This document shows, one piece after another, positions 39,633 through 49,756 of a stretch of 64,000 nt of DNA. Source of the DNA: an uncultured Gemmatimonadales bacterium (GTDB taxonomy: Bacteria > Gemmatimonadota > Gemmatimonadetes > Gemmatimonadales > Gemmatimonadaceae). The stretch spans positions 160,001 to 224,000 of the forward strand of contig CAWKNZ010000008.1 of assembly GCA_963851265.1 (NCBI GenBank). The letters are read 5' to 3'. The notes beneath the pieces were generated by a model. That model was given only the letters and a program-made list of their open reading frames with translations, had not been told where the DNA came from and did not search any database. Position numbers and translations under genes: made by a program. Numbering within the stretch: the stretch's first letter is position 1; each line of letters starts with the position of its first letter.

Positions 39633-42600
39633 ATGCACCCGCGCACCGCACCGGCGGACCCACCGGACGACACCCCGGCCATGCCGGGCGCCGACGGACG
39701 CTCCGTCGAATTCGCGGCCGTCCTGCGCCACGAACTGACCGCGCTCGGACGGCTGCGCGAGACGGGCGAGCCTGTGAACGGCGCGAGCGCGAACGGGGTG
39801 AGCCCGAGCGGCGCGCACGCGATCGTCCCGCCGCCGACCGGCATCAGCTTCAATCGCAACGCGCCGGGCGAGACCGCCGCGGGTGACCCCGCCGAGCTGC
39901 GCGCGCTCTTTCACGCCGTCGGCCGCCTCGACGACGCGCACGCGCTCTCCGCGCTGTGCCTGTCGGGCGGCGGCATTCGCAGCGCCACCTTCAACCTCGG
40001 CGTCGCCCAGGCCCTCGCGCGCGCCGGGCTCCTCGGGCGATTCGACTACGTGTCGAGCGTGTCGGGCGGCGGCTACATCGCGGGATGGCTCAAGGCGTGG
40101 ATGCGCCGCGAGGGCACCGCCTCGGTGATCGCGCGCCTCGCGCACGCGCCGGGCAGCGCCTCGCCCGACCCCCTCGCGCCCGAGCCCGCGCCGGTCGACG
40201 GGCTTCGCGAGTACAGCAACTATCTCACGCCGCGCCTCGGCCTGTTCTCGCCCGACACGTGGGCCGCGGGCACCATCATCATTCGCAACCTGTTGCTGAA
40301 CTGGCTCGTGATTGTGCCGATACTGGCGGCCGTGGTCGCGGTGCCCCAGTTCGCGCTCATCATCGCGGCCACGCGCGAGCACCGGACCGTCGGCGCGCTG
40401 TCGGCCGCGCTGGCCACCGCCGCCGAATTCTTTGCGAGCTGGACCGTCCACCAGTACCGCAAGCGCAGCCTGGACGGCGCCGGACGCGCCACCGAGGGGC
40501 GCGTGGCGCGGTGGAGCGTGCTGCCGCTCTATCTCGCCGCGGTGCTGCTCGCACAAGCCGGCCTGTGGTGGCTGCCCTGGACGGCGCCGACGTGGTGGCC
40601 GTTCTCGCCCCTGCTCGGCGCGTGGGCCTTCGCGCTCGGCTGGTGCGTCGTGGTGCCGACCGCGACCTGGCTCTTCCACATCCCGCGCGGCCGAGCCCTC
40701 GTCGAACTCGGCGCGCTGCTCGGCTCGGGGGTCGTCGGGGCCGCGCTGCTCGTGTGGCTCATGCTCGTCGCCGGGCCCGCGCTCTTGCTGCGCCCGACGC
40801 TGTACGTCGTCGCCTCGCTCCCCATACTCCTCGCCGTGTACCTCGTGTCGCGCATGCTCTTCGTCGCGATCGCGAGTCGCGCGGACGCGACCGCCCGCGC
40901 GGCGCGCGGTGCGAGGCGGCGGGCGGCCAACACGCCGGTCGAGGCGTCCGACGCGCTCGACCGCTCGGACCACGACCGCGAGTGGTGGGCGCGCTTCACC
41001 GGCTGGGTGCTCGCGCTCGCGATCGTCTGGCTCGTGGTCAGTGCGGTGTGCGTGCTCGGCGGCTACGCCCTCGACGAGGTGCGCGACCGCTACGCCAGCA
41101 CCGTCGTCGCGGCGCTCGGGGGCGTGAGCGGGGTGACCGCGGCGCTGCTCGGGCGGAGCGCGAGCACCGACTCGGGGCGCGTGGCGACCAGTACGCCGCC
41201 CCTGTCCTTCCTCCGCCGCGCCGCCCTCGCCGCGGCCGTTCCGCTCTTCTGCATCCTGCTCGTCGTGCTCGTCGCGCGCGGCAACACGCTCGCCGGCCGT
41301 CTCGCGACGGGCGACCCCACGCTCCTCTGCGTACCCGGCAATCTCGCGCGCGTGGCCCCGTGTGCGGCGACCGGCGCGCACGCCGGCCCCGCGGCCGCGG
41401 CGGCCCGCGCGTCGCGCGCGGCGCGCGACCAGGACGTCGGCGGGATCCCCGGCGTGCTCGCCCGCGCGGGGGTCGCCGACCCCGACTGGCGCCGCGCGCT
41501 CGCCTTCCTCGTCGTGCCCGCCCTGCTCGTCGCCGTCGGGGCGACCGCGGGCATCTTCGTCAACCCGAACCGCTTCTCGCTCCACGGCTTCTACCGCAAC
41601 CGGCTCGTGCGCGCCTATCTCGGCGCGTCGCACGTGCGGCGGCGCCCAGACCCGTTCACGGGGTTCGCGGCGAACGACAACCTGCGGCTGTACGACCTGT
41701 GGCACCCATCCGGCGCCGGCGCGAACGCCGCCGTCGACTGCACGCGGCCGCTTCCGATCGTCAACGCCACGCTCAACCTCGTCTCGGGCGAGCGGCTGGC
41801 GTGGCAGCAGCGGCGGGCGGAGTCGTTCTCGATGACGCCGTTCTACTGCGGCAACTACCGCGAGGGCTTCCGCGTGAGCCGGCGGTACGGCGACGAGGGT
41901 GGCATCACCCTCGGCACGGCGATGACGATCTCGGGCGCGGCCGCTAACCCGAACATGGGCTACAACTCGTCGCCGCTCGTCACGTTCCTCATGACGCTGT
42001 TCAACGCACGCCTCGGCGCGTGGTTGGGCAACCCCAACGCGCACGGCGATGCGACCTACGCCCAGGCCGGGCCGCGCTGGGCCGTCGGCCCGATCTTCAA
42101 CGAGTTGCTCGGCCGAACCACCGACCGCAACCCGTACGTGAACCTCTCCGACGGCGGCCACTTCGACAACCTCGGCCTCTACGAGGTGGTGCTCCGCCGG
42201 TGCCGCCACGTCGTGGTCTGCGACGCGGGGCGCGACCCGGCGTGCGGCTTCGGCGACCTCGGCAACGCGATCCGGAAGATCCGCATCGACTTCGGGATCA
42301 ACATCACGTTCCGCGACCAGATCGCCATCCACTCGCGCGACGCGGGCACGCCGGGCCTGTACTGCGCGATCGGTGCGATCGACTACGCGGCCGTCGACGG
42401 CGCCGACGTGGCGCCGGGATGGCTGCTGTACGTCAAGCCCGCGCTCGACGGCGAGCTCGCGCCGGTGCCGTACGACGTGTACAGCTACGCGCAGGAGTCG
42501 AAGACCTTCCCGCACGAGACGACCACCGACCAGTGGTTCGACGAATCGCAGTTCGAGAGCTACCGCGCGCTCGGGGAGCACATCATGTCGCGCATCGCGC

Positions 42601-42833
42601 GGGGCGACCGCGAGGCGTGCGTGCGTCTGGATTCGCTCGCCGCGCTGCGCGACGCCGCGGGCGCGTACCTGCGGAGCGTGCGCGACGCCACCGCGCGCAC
42701 GACGCCCGCGCCCGGCGCTCCGACGCCGGGCGGGCCGACATCCGGCGGTCCGGCGCCGGGCGGCGCGGCGCCGGGCGGCGCGGTGCCGGTCGCGGCGCCC
42801 GCGATCGCCGCACGCCCGACGGCGAACGCCTAA
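39633..42833 (+). CDS. Patatin/cPLA2-like phospholipase-domain protein with a multi-pass membrane insertion
   Basis: LSGGGIRSA, SSVSGG and a distal SDGGHFDNLG, separated by many hydrophobic segments. Confidence 0.8.
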   Translation: MHPRTAPADPPDDTPAMPGADGRSVEFAAVLRHELTALGRLRETGEPVNGASANGVSPSGAHAIVPPPTGISFNRNAPGETAAGDPAELRALFHAVGRLDDAHALSALCLSGGGIRSATFNLGVAQALARAGLLGRFDYVSSVSGGGYIAGWLKAWMRREGTASVIARLAHAPGSASPDPLAPEPAPVDGLREYSNYLTPRLGLFSPDTWAAGTIIIRNLLLNWLVIVPILAAVVAVPQFALIIAATREHRTVGALSAALATAAEFFASWTVHQYRKRSLDGAGRATEGRVARWSVLPLYLAAVLLAQAGLWWLPWTAPTWWPFSPLLGAWAFALGWCVVVPTATWLFHIPRGRALVELGALLGSGVVGAALLVWLMLVAGPALLLRPTLYVVASLPILLAVYLVSRMLFVAIASRADATARAARGARRRAANTPVEASDALDRSDHDREWWARFTGWVLALAIVWLVVSAVCVLGGYALDEVRDRYASTVVAALGGVSGVTAALLGRSASTDSGRVATSTPPLSFLRRAALAAAVPLFCILLVVLVARGNTLAGRLATGDPTLLCVPGNLARVAPCAATGAHAGPAAAAARASRAARDQDVGGIPGVLARAGVADPDWRRALAFLVVPALLVAVGATAGIFVNPNRFSLHGFYRNRLVRAYLGASHVRRRPDPFTGFAANDNLRLYDLWHPSGAGANAAVDCTRPLPIVNATLNLVSGERLAWQQRRAESFSMTPFYCGNYREGFRVSRRYGDEGGITLGTAMTISGAAANPNMGYNSSPLVTFLMTLFNARLGAWLGNPNAHGDATYAQAGPRWAVGPIFNELLGRTTDRNPYVNLSDGGHFDNLGLYEVVLRRCRHVVVCDAGRDPACGFGDLGNAIRKIRIDFGINITFRDQIAIHSRDAGTPGLYCAIGAIDYAAVDGADVAPGWLLYVKPALDGELAPVPYDVYSYAQESKTFPHETTTDQWFDESQFESYRALGEHIMSRIARGDREACVRLDSLAALRDAAGAYLRSVRDATARTTPAPGAPTPGGPTSGGPAPGGAAPGGAVPVAAPAIAARPTANA

Positions 42834-42891
42834 CGCGGCGGGCGCGGACGGCGGCGGGCGCGCGGGCGCACCCGGAAGGCGGGGCCGCGGC

Positions 42892-42947
42892 TTGACATCT
42901 GGACTGAAACGTCCATAATACGGGCGATGGTGGACGACACCGTCCAC
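42892..42947 (+). promoter_or_regulatory. Sigma70 promoter with two TGGAC-N6-GTCCA operators
   Basis: TTGACA 42892-42897 and CATAAT 42914-42919; inverted repeats at 42900-42915 and 42930-42947; GGAGGT RBS downstream. Confidence 0.75.
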
Positions 42948-42975
42948 TTACACCCGTTCCGCCGGAGGTGACCGC

Positions 42976-43452
42976 ATGTACCCCGCCACCCACCCCGCGC
43001 TGCCCGCCGCGGGGTCCACCCGGGCGACCGCGCCGGTCCCGGTCCCCGCGCGCCGCGACGCCGTCGCCCGCCGCGCCCTCGCCCGCCGCGCCACCGAACT
43101 CGCGCTCGCCCTCGTCTTCGTCGGCGCGGGTGCGGCCAAGCTGGCCGCCGCGCCAGCGATGCTCGCGCTCTTCGGCACGCTCGGCAACGTGACGGGCGTC
43201 GGCTCGTGGTTCCGCCCCGCGGTCGGCCTCGCCGAAGTGCTCGGCGCCGTGCTCCTCTGCGTGCCGGCGCTCGCCGGCGTCGGCGCGGTCGCGCTCGCGA
43301 CGATCATGGCGGGCGCGATCGTCGTCCACCTGGGACTGCTGCACACCACACCGGTCGCGCCCGCGGTGCTGCTCGCCGCCCTCGCCGCGGTCGCGTACGC
43401 CAACCGCGCGGGGCTCGCCGCCGCCGCCGCCGGCCTGGAGCGCAATCTGTGA
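42976..43452 (+). CDS. DoxX-family membrane protein
   Basis: Four hydrophobic segments; F..AG.AKL, GLAEVLGAVLL, MAGAIVVH. Confidence 0.82.
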   Translation: MYPATHPALPAAGSTRATAPVPVPARRDAVARRALARRATELALALVFVGAGAAKLAAAPAMLALFGTLGNVTGVGSWFRPAVGLAEVLGAVLLCVPALAGVGAVALATIMAGAIVVHLGLLHTTPVAPAVLLAALAAVAYANRAGLAAAAAGLERNL

Positions 43453-43461
43453 GGCGCGTCC

Positions 43462-43506
43462 GGTAGCGCGCGTGCGGGTAGCGCGCGTGCGGGAAGCGCG
43501 CGTGCG
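43462..43506. repeat. 3 x 15 bp tandem repeat (GGTAGCGCGCGTGCG)
   Basis: Read directly; intergenic. Confidence 0.8.
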
Positions 43507-43644
43507 GGACGACGGCCCACCGCGCCGCGCCGTGCCCGCCGTCCCACACCGCCCGCCTCCCGCGCGGGGAACCCCGCGCGACCGCCCGCCGTCTACCCGG
43601 CGGCCGCCCTACGCCGTTCGCCTTTTCGGACCATCGAGGTCCCC

Positions 43645-44862
43645 ATGCACCGCCAGCTTACCCCCCGCGCGCGCGGTCTCGCGCGCGCGGGGCGCAGCGC
43701 CGCCGTCGGAACCGCGGCCGCCCTCGTGCTCGCCGCCTGCCAGCAGGCCAAGCCGGCGCCCCCCGCCCCGCCGCCGCCCGAGGTCGCGGTACTCACCGTC
43801 GCGCCACAATCCAGCGAGGAGCCGCTCGAGTTCGAGGGACAGGTGCGCGCCTTCCGCACCGTGCAGGTGCGCGCCCAGGTGAATGGCGTCATCACCGCGC
43901 GCCCGTTCACCGAAGGCGCGCCGGTGCACGCGGGTGAGGTGCTCTACCGCATCGACCCCACCACCTACGACGCCGACTACCGCGGCGCCCTCGCCCGCGC
44001 CGCGCAGGCCCAGGCGCAGCTCGCCAACGCGCAGACGAGCGTCGGCCGGCTGCGCCCCCTGCTCGCCGACAACGCGGTCGCGCGCCAGGACGTCGACAAC
44101 GCGGACGCCACCGTCAAGCAGTACGCCGCCGCCCTCGCCGACGCGCGCGCCACCGTCGACCGCACGCGCAAGCTCCTGAGCGAGACCACCGTGTACGCCG
44201 AGATCTCGGGGCGCGTCGGTCGCGCCCTGCTCGACCTCGGCACGCGCGTCACGGGGCCCGCCGACGTGCTCACCACGATCGACGTCGTCGACCCCGTGTA
44301 CGTCAGCTTCCGTCCGGCCGCGCGCCAGCTGCTCGCCTGGAAGCGCGACCCGTCGCTCGCGCACGCGATCCGCCCCGGCGGCGACGCGCGCGTGCAGGCC
44401 GTGCTCGCCGACGGCCAGCCGTTCCCCGGCGACGGCCGCATCGGGTACGTCGACCCGGTCGTCGATTCGGCGACGGGCACACAGGAGTACCGCGCGACGT
44501 TCCCGCACCCCGGCCAGCTCCTGCTACCCGGGCAGTTCGTCCGCGTGCGGCTGCGCGGCCTCACGCGGCACGACGTCATCCTCGTGCCGCAGCGCGCCGT
44601 GGTCGAGCAGATGGGACGGCAGACGGTGTTCGTCGTCGACTCGGCGAACAAGGTCGTCTCGCGCAACGTCACCGCGACCGGGTGGTCGGGCGCCAACTGG
44701 CTCATCGAGGACGGCCTCCGGAGCGGCGAGCGCGTCGTCGTCGACGGCCAGCAGAAGATCGGGCCCGGCGCCACCGTGCGCCCCGTCCCGCTCGCCCCCG
44801 ACACCGCCGCCGCCGCCCCGCGCGTCGCCGCCGTCACCCCCGCCGCGTCGGGGGGCCGATGA
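43645..44862 (+). CDS. RND efflux periplasmic adaptor (AcrA/MexA-like lipoprotein)
   Basis: Lipobox LAAC; VRAQVNG, LYRIDP, AEISGRVG, LLPGQFV, VPQRAV. Confidence 0.93.
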   Translation: MHRQLTPRARGLARAGRSAAVGTAAALVLAACQQAKPAPPAPPPPEVAVLTVAPQSSEEPLEFEGQVRAFRTVQVRAQVNGVITARPFTEGAPVHAGEVLYRIDPTTYDADYRGALARAAQAQAQLANAQTSVGRLRPLLADNAVARQDVDNADATVKQYAAALADARATVDRTRKLLSETTVYAEISGRVGRALLDLGTRVTGPADVLTTIDVVDPVYVSFRPAARQLLAWKRDPSLAHAIRPGGDARVQAVLADGQPFPGDGRIGYVDPVVDSATGTQEYRATFPHPGQLLLPGQFVRVRLRGLTRHDVILVPQRAVVEQMGRQTVFVVDSANKVVSRNVTATGWSGANWLIEDGLRSGERVVVDGQQKIGPGATVRPVPLAPDTAAAAPRVAAVTPAASGGR

Positions 44863-47800
44863 CCACACCGGCCGCCAACGGAACGCACGTCGACAGCACG
44901 CACGTCGACGGCTCGCACACCAACGGTACGCGCGCCAACGGCGCGAACGGCGCCACGCCGGCCGTGCCCGACGCGCCGGCGGAAGGAGGGCGCGAGTACT
45001 TCTTCGTCCGCCGCTCCGTCCTGGCCATCGTCATCTCGGTCGTCGTCACGCTGCTCGGCGCGATCGCGATGGTCGCGCTGCCCATTAACCGCTACCCCCA
45101 GATCACGCCGCCGTCGATCCAGGTCGTCGCCGTCTACCCCGGCGCGAGCGCGCAGGACGTCGCCACCTCCGTCGCCGGCCCGATCGAGCAGCAGCTCAAC
45201 GGCCTCAACGGGCTGCTCTACTACAAGTCGTCGAACTCCAGCGACGGCGTGATGAACCTGTCGGTCACCTTCGACATCGCGCGCGACCAGGACCTCGCCG
45301 CCGTCGACGTGCAGAACGCGATCTCGGTCGCGAGCCCGCAGCTTCCCGCGGCGGTGCGGCAGAACGGCATCACGGTGACCAAGGCCAACGCCGACATCCT
45401 CATGGTCGGCGCGCTCACCTCGAGCAACGCGCGCGACGACGCGGCCTACCTCACCAACTACGGCAAGCTGTACATCGAGAACGAGATGAAGCGCCTGCCC
45501 GGCGTGGGCGACGCGAGCTTCTTCTCGCCGCTCGACTTCTCGATGCTCATCAGCCTCGACCCCGAGAAGATGGCGCAGCTCGGGATCGCCGTCGACGACG
45601 TGCAGGCCGCCGTCCAGCAGCAGAACGCGACCCAGCCCGGCGGCCGACTCGGCCGCGAGCCGTCGCCCTCCGGCACGCAGCTGACCATCCCGGTGGCGAC
45701 CAGCGGGCAGCTGACCACGCCGGACCAATTCGGCGCGATCATCGTGCGCGCGCTGCCCAACGGCTCGGTCGTGCGCGTGCGCGACATCGCGACCGTCCAC
45801 CTCGGCTCCCGCCAGTACGACATCTCGGGGCGCCTCAACGGCAAGGAGACCGCGCTGTTCGGCGTGTACGCGCGCCCGGGCGCCAACAACCTCGCCGTCA
45901 AGGCCGCGGTGGTCGCGCGCATGAACGAGCTGGCGAAGGCCTTCCCGGCCGGCGTGCGCTGGACGATCCCGTTCGACACCACCCCGTTCATCAACGAGAG
46001 CATCCGCGAGGTCATCATCACGCTCGCCGAAGCGATGGCGCTGGTGACGCTCGTCGTGTTCGTCTTCCTGCAGAGCTGGCGCGCGACGCTCATCCCGGTG
46101 CTCGCCGTCCCGGTCAGCATCATCGGCACCTTCCTCGGCATCTACGCGCTCGGCTTCACGATCAACACGCTCACGCTCTTCGGCATGGTGCTCGCCATCG
46201 GCATCGTCGTCGACGACGCGATCGTCGTGATCGAGAACGTCGAGCGCATCATGTCGACCGAGCACGTCTCGGCGCGCGTCGCGACCAACCGCGCGATGGG
46301 GCAGATCTCGGGCGCGCTGATCGCGATCGTGCTCGTGCTGTGCGCGGTGTTCATCCCCGTCGCCTTCGTGCCCGGCATCACCGGGGCGATGTACAAGCAG
46401 TTCGCCGTGACGCTCGTCTTCGCGGTGCTGCTCTCGGGCATGGTCGCGCTCACGCTCACGCCGGCCCTCTGCTCGCTCCTGCTCAAGGAGACGCCCGCGG
46501 GCGCGACGCGCGGCCGCTTCTTCGCCTGGTTCAACCGGCGGTTCGCGGCGCTCACCAACCGCTACGTGCACGCCGCGGGCGGCGTGGTGCGGCGCCCGCG
46601 CGTGTGGTATCCGGTGTTCGCGGTGGCCGTGGTGCTCATCGGCCTGCTCTTCCGCCGCGTGCCGAGCGGGTTCGTGCCGAGCGAGGACAAGGGGTACTTC
46701 GCGGTGAGCGTGCAGCTGCCCGACGCGGCGTCGCTGCAGCGCACGATCGCCACCGTGCAGCAGGTGGAGCAGATCGCGCGCGCGGAACCCGGAGTCAGGG
46801 ACGTGGTCGCGATCGCCGGGCTCGACCTGCTCACCAGCTCCAACCAGACCAACCGGGCGACGATGTTCATCGGGCTCAAACCGTGGAGCGAGCGCGGGCC
46901 GGGGAACGACGTCGAGAGCGTACTCGGGCGCGTCAACGGCAAACTGTTCGCGATGCGGCAGGCGATCGGCTTCGGCTTCAACCTGCCCGAAATCCCGGGT
47001 CTCGGCACCACCGCCGGACTCGAGATGAACCTGCAGCAGCGCTCGGGCACCGACATCGGGGCGTTCGGGGCCGCGGTGCACGCGTTCGTCGAGGATGCCA
47101 ACAAGGTCGCCACGCAGGGCGCCAACGGCGGCGTGCGCACCGACGTGCCGCAGCTCTTCGTGCACGTCGACGAGGACGCGGCGCGCGCGCGCGGCGTCGG
47201 CACGGCGCCGATCTTCGCCACGCTGCAGACGATGCTCTCCACCCTCTACATCAACGACTTCACCCTGTACGGGCGCCCGTACCGCGTCCAGGCGGAGGCG
47301 CAACAGCGGTTCCGGCAGAAGCCCGAGGACGTCGGCCGCTTCTACGTGCGGAACGCGGCCGGCGCGATGATCCCGGTCTCCGCGCTGGTCACCACCGAGA
47401 TGCGCAGCGCGCCGAGCCTGCTCACGCGCTTCAACGGCTTCCCGTCGGCCACCATCACCGGCACGCCGCGGCCCGGGGAGAGCTCGGGGCAGATGCTGAC
47501 CGCGGTCGAGAAGCTGCTCAACGACAAGTACGCGTCGCAGGGCATCGGCTTCGCGTACAGCGGCGAGAGCTACCAGGAGCAGACGTCGGGCGGCACGAGC
47601 AGCAAGGTGCTCGCGCTCGCGCTCGTGCTCGTGTTCCTCGTCCTCGCCGCGCAGTACGAGAGCTGGGCGGTGCCGTTCGCCGTGCTCCTCGGCGTGCCGT
47701 TCGGGTTGCTGGGCGCCGTGCTCGCGGTCTGGGTGCGCGGGATGCCCAACGACGTGTATTTCCAGGTGGGGCTGTTCGCGGTGATCGGGCTCGCGGCCAA

Positions 47801-48197
47801 GAACGCGATCCTCATCGTCGAGTTCGCGACCGAGCAGGTCGCGGCGGGCGCGTCGGTGCGCGACGCCGCGCTCGAGGCGGCGCGCGAGCGCTTCCGCCCG
47901 ATCCTCATGACCTCGCTCGCCTTCATCCTCGGCGTGTCGCCGCTCATCATCGCGAGCGGCGCGGGCGCCGGCAGCCGGCATTCGTTGGGCACGAGCGTGT
48001 TCTTCGGGATGCTCGGCGCCACGGCGCTCGGCATCTTCTTCGTCCCGCTGTTCTTCAGCACGATCCGCGGCTTCGTGGCGCGGCGCGCCGAACGCGGCGG
48101 CGCGCGCCCGCCCGACCCCGCGCCGGCGGCCGTGCCGGGTGCCGTGCCGGATGCCGCGCCGGCGCCCGCCTACGCCGCCGCCCGGGGGACCGCGTGA
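44859..48197 (+). CDS. RND efflux permease, HAE1 (AcrB/MexB-like)
   Basis: ATGA overlap at 44859; YPQITPP, GIVVDDAIVVIENVER, GLAAKNAILIVEFA, RFRPILMTS. Confidence 0.95.
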   Translation: MTTPAANGTHVDSTHVDGSHTNGTRANGANGATPAVPDAPAEGGREYFFVRRSVLAIVISVVVTLLGAIAMVALPINRYPQITPPSIQVVAVYPGASAQDVATSVAGPIEQQLNGLNGLLYYKSSNSSDGVMNLSVTFDIARDQDLAAVDVQNAISVASPQLPAAVRQNGITVTKANADILMVGALTSSNARDDAAYLTNYGKLYIENEMKRLPGVGDASFFSPLDFSMLISLDPEKMAQLGIAVDDVQAAVQQQNATQPGGRLGREPSPSGTQLTIPVATSGQLTTPDQFGAIIVRALPNGSVVRVRDIATVHLGSRQYDISGRLNGKETALFGVYARPGANNLAVKAAVVARMNELAKAFPAGVRWTIPFDTTPFINESIREVIITLAEAMALVTLVVFVFLQSWRATLIPVLAVPVSIIGTFLGIYALGFTINTLTLFGMVLAIGIVVDDAIVVIENVERIMSTEHVSARVATNRAMGQISGALIAIVLVLCAVFIPVAFVPGITGAMYKQFAVTLVFAVLLSGMVALTLTPALCSLLLKETPAGATRGRFFAWFNRRFAALTNRYVHAAGGVVRRPRVWYPVFAVAVVLIGLLFRRVPSGFVPSEDKGYFAVSVQLPDAASLQRTIATVQQVEQIARAEPGVRDVVAIAGLDLLTSSNQTNRATMFIGLKPWSERGPGNDVESVLGRVNGKLFAMRQAIGFGFNLPEIPGLGTTAGLEMNLQQRSGTDIGAFGAAVHAFVEDANKVATQGANGGVRTDVPQLFVHVDEDAARARGVGTAPIFATLQTMLSTLYINDFTLYGRPYRVQAEAQQRFRQKPEDVGRFYVRNAAGAMIPVSALVTTEMRSAPSLLTRFNGFPSATITGTPRPGESSGQMLTAVEKLLNDKYASQGIGFAYSGESYQEQTSGGTSSKVLALALVLVFLVLAAQYESWAVPFAVLLGVPFGLLGAVLAVWVRGMPNDVYFQVGLFAVIGLAAKNAILIVEFATEQVAAGASVRDAALEAARERFRPILMTSLAFILGVSPLIIASGAGAGSRHSLGTSVFFGMLGATALGIFFVPLFFSTIRGFVARRAERGGARPPDPAPAAVPGAVPDAAPAPAYAAARGTA

Positions 48198-49726
48198 CGC
48201 CCCGCCGCCCCCGCCGCTCGGCGTCCACCGCCGTCGCCCGCGCCGGCACCCTCGCCGCCGCGTGGACCGTCGCCGCCTGCGCCGTCGGCCCGTCCACCCG
48301 CGTCAACACCGCCGTCGCGCCCGTCGTCTCGTACGACGACGCGACGCCGGCCGGCACGCGCGCGGTGCTCGACTCGCTCGCCGTCGTGCGCACCGACGAG
48401 CACACCGGCGCCGGCCCGCGGGCGTCCGACCCGTCGCGCCAGGTCTGGACGCCCGCGCGGCTCGTCGTCGACAGCGCCCGCGACCTCCGCTGGCTCGACG
48501 TGCTGCGCGACCCGCAGCTCGTCGCGCTCGTCGGCGACGCGCTCGGCAACAACCGCGACCTGCGCGTCGCCCAGGCGCGCGTCCGCGAGTACCGCGCCGA
48601 CCTCGCCGCGGCGCGCGGCGCCTACTTCCCGCAGGCCACCGCCGACCTCACGCGCAGCAGCAACCGGACCGTCTTCGGTCCGTTAGGCTTCAAGTACAAC
48701 GCCACGCAGATCGTCGGCAACGCCTCGTGGGAGCTCGACCTCTGGGGCCGCGTGCGGCGCGGGGCCGAGGCGGCGCGCTACGATCTCGGCGCGCAGCAGG
48801 AGGACGTGCGCGCGACCACGCTCAACCTCGTCGGCGACGTCGCGACCGCGTACCTGCAGATCCGCGAAGTCGACGCCGACCTCGCGCTCTCCGACTCGAC
48901 GCTCGCCTCGCGCCGCACCACGCTCGACATCGCGCGGCGGCGCTTCCAGCAGGGGGTGACGTCCGAACTGGACGTGCGCACGTTCGAGTCGGAGCTGGCC
49001 GACCCGGCCGCGCGCGGGGCCGCGCTGGCGCTCCAGCGCGTGCAGCTCGCCAACCAGCTCGCGCAGCTCGTCGGGCGCGCGCCGGTGGCGATCCCGCGCG
49101 GCGGGCCGCTCACCGACGCCGTACGCGCCGTGACGGTTCCCGACTCGATTCCGGGTGCGCTCGTCGCCGAGCGGCCGGACGTGCGGGCCGCGGCGCGCAC
49201 GCTGCAAGCGTCGGTCGCGCGCGTCGGCGTGGCCGTCGGCAACCGCCTGCCCACGCTCTCACTGAGCGGCGAGTACGGCACGCTGCAGCCCGGCTACAGC
49301 CACTTCTTCAACAAGGCGGGCGAGCTGTACGTCGCGCAGGCCGGCATCTCGGTGCCGCTGTTCACCGGCGGCCGGCTCGCGGCAGAGGAGCGCGCGGCGC
49401 GGGCGCGGGTCGACGAGGCGCGCGGGCAGTACGAGCAGACCGTGCTCACCGCGGAGCGCGAGGCGAGCAACGCGCTCGCCGGCGTACGGCTCGGCCGCGA
49501 CCAGCTCGTCGCGCAGGCGACGCAGGTCGCGGCGCTGCAGCGCGCCTTCGGCATCGCGCAGGCGCGCTACCGGAGCGGCATCTCGAGCTACCTCGAAGTG
49601 CTCGATGCGCAGCGGCAGCTGTTCGCCGCACAGCTCGCGCTCGTGCAGGACCAGCGGCAGTATCTGGTCTCGACCGTGGACCTGTACCGCGCGCTCGGCG
49701 GCGGGTGGAACGTGGGCGGGCGCTGA
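48194..49726 (+). CDS. Outer-membrane efflux lipoprotein (OprM/NodT-like)
   Basis: GTGA overlap; lipobox VAAC; SWELDLWG, RPDVRAA, YLEVLDAQR, LYRALGGGW. Confidence 0.92.
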   Translation: MTPRRPRRSASTAVARAGTLAAAWTVAACAVGPSTRVNTAVAPVVSYDDATPAGTRAVLDSLAVVRTDEHTGAGPRASDPSRQVWTPARLVVDSARDLRWLDVLRDPQLVALVGDALGNNRDLRVAQARVREYRADLAAARGAYFPQATADLTRSSNRTVFGPLGFKYNATQIVGNASWELDLWGRVRRGAEAARYDLGAQQEDVRATTLNLVGDVATAYLQIREVDADLALSDSTLASRRTTLDIARRRFQQGVTSELDVRTFESELADPAARGAALALQRVQLANQLAQLVGRAPVAIPRGGPLTDAVRAVTVPDSIPGALVAERPDVRAAARTLQASVARVGVAVGNRLPTLSLSGEYGTLQPGYSHFFNKAGELYVAQAGISVPLFTGGRLAAEERAARARVDEARGQYEQTVLTAEREASNALAGVRLGRDQLVAQATQVAALQRAFGIAQARYRSGISSYLEVLDAQRQLFAAQLALVQDQRQYLVSTVDLYRALGGGWNVGGR

Positions 49727-49756
49727 CGCCGCCGGGGCCGCTGCCTAACGTGCGCG

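Noticed and set aside
43561..43580. CGCGCGGGG-AA-CCCCGCGCG hairpin as a terminator
   Set aside because: No U-tract, it lies inside a likely operon, and such GC stems arise readily by chance.
6665..47981. Very long antisense or alternate-frame ORFs (e.g. 6665..9661, 23112..25847, 39579..42947, 43977..47981)
   Set aside because: Shadow ORFs expected from stop-codon scarcity at high GC; no recognisable motifs.
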